Shown here piece after piece: positions 63,859 to 64,000 of a stretch of DNA of 64,000 bases. The notes beneath the pieces are model-generated. The model had not been told where the DNA came from and did not search any database. It saw only the letters and a list, made by a program, of their open reading frames with translations. The translations under genes and the position numbers were made by a program. This DNA comes from Octopus vulgaris. Lineage: Eukaryota. The DNA lies in assembly GCA_951406725.2 (NCBI GenBank), contig OX597823.1, positions 34,782,001-34,846,000 on the forward strand, read 5' to 3'. Numbering within the stretch: position 1 is the first letter of the stretch; each line of letters opens with the position of its first letter.

Positions 63859-64000
63859 TCTTTATATATAAAAGTGAAGTGTGTGTCTGTCTCCTACGAT
63901 TTAGATTCCTAACTACTCCCACATTTTGCGGTGCAGTTTAACCAAAACCGGGTATCTTATAGTCGTGATTCATATCGATCCCTTCTGGGTATTAGCGCGC
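63859..64000 (+). mobile_element. Helitron copy 3, 5' end, runs off the window
   Basis: tctttatatataaaagtgaag...gatttagattcctaactactcccac, the same 5' end as copies 1 and 2. Confidence 0.85.

Noticed and set aside
63134-63941. Gly-, Val-, His- or Pro-rich ORFs
   Set aside because: Readings of a degenerate (GGT)n tract inside a Helitron.

Overview
This is AT-rich, microsatellite-saturated metazoan DNA. The SINE and RTE-tail repertoire resembles what I recall from Octopus, but that assignment is an inference. No host protein-coding gene can be confidently identified, and most ORFs in the track are microsatellite translations. The window is a layered set of transposon remnants: a near-full-length but mutated Ty3/Gypsy LTR retrotransposon (56562-62007), inserted in a Penelope-like RT fragment and itself split by an array of non-autonomous Helitrons; RTE, CRE, R4/Dong and CR1/L2 LINE fragments; mariner and pogo/Tigger relics; a solo LTR; and at least three tRNA-derived SINE families. 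The least expected signal is about ten intact-core to decayed minimal type I hammerhead ribozyme (HHR) motifs in Penelope-like terminal-repeat remnants, often arranged as fold-backs. One small family (26049-26452, 51543-51799) joins a tRNA-like Pol III head to an HHR-bearing tail, and the second copy has a 13-bp TSD. It is a candidate Penelope-mobilised, ribozyme-carrying SINE. The Gypsy gag-pol junction also shows a G-GGA-AAC slippery site followed by a predicted H-type pseudoknot. All calls were made by eye, and boundaries of degenerate repeats are approximate.
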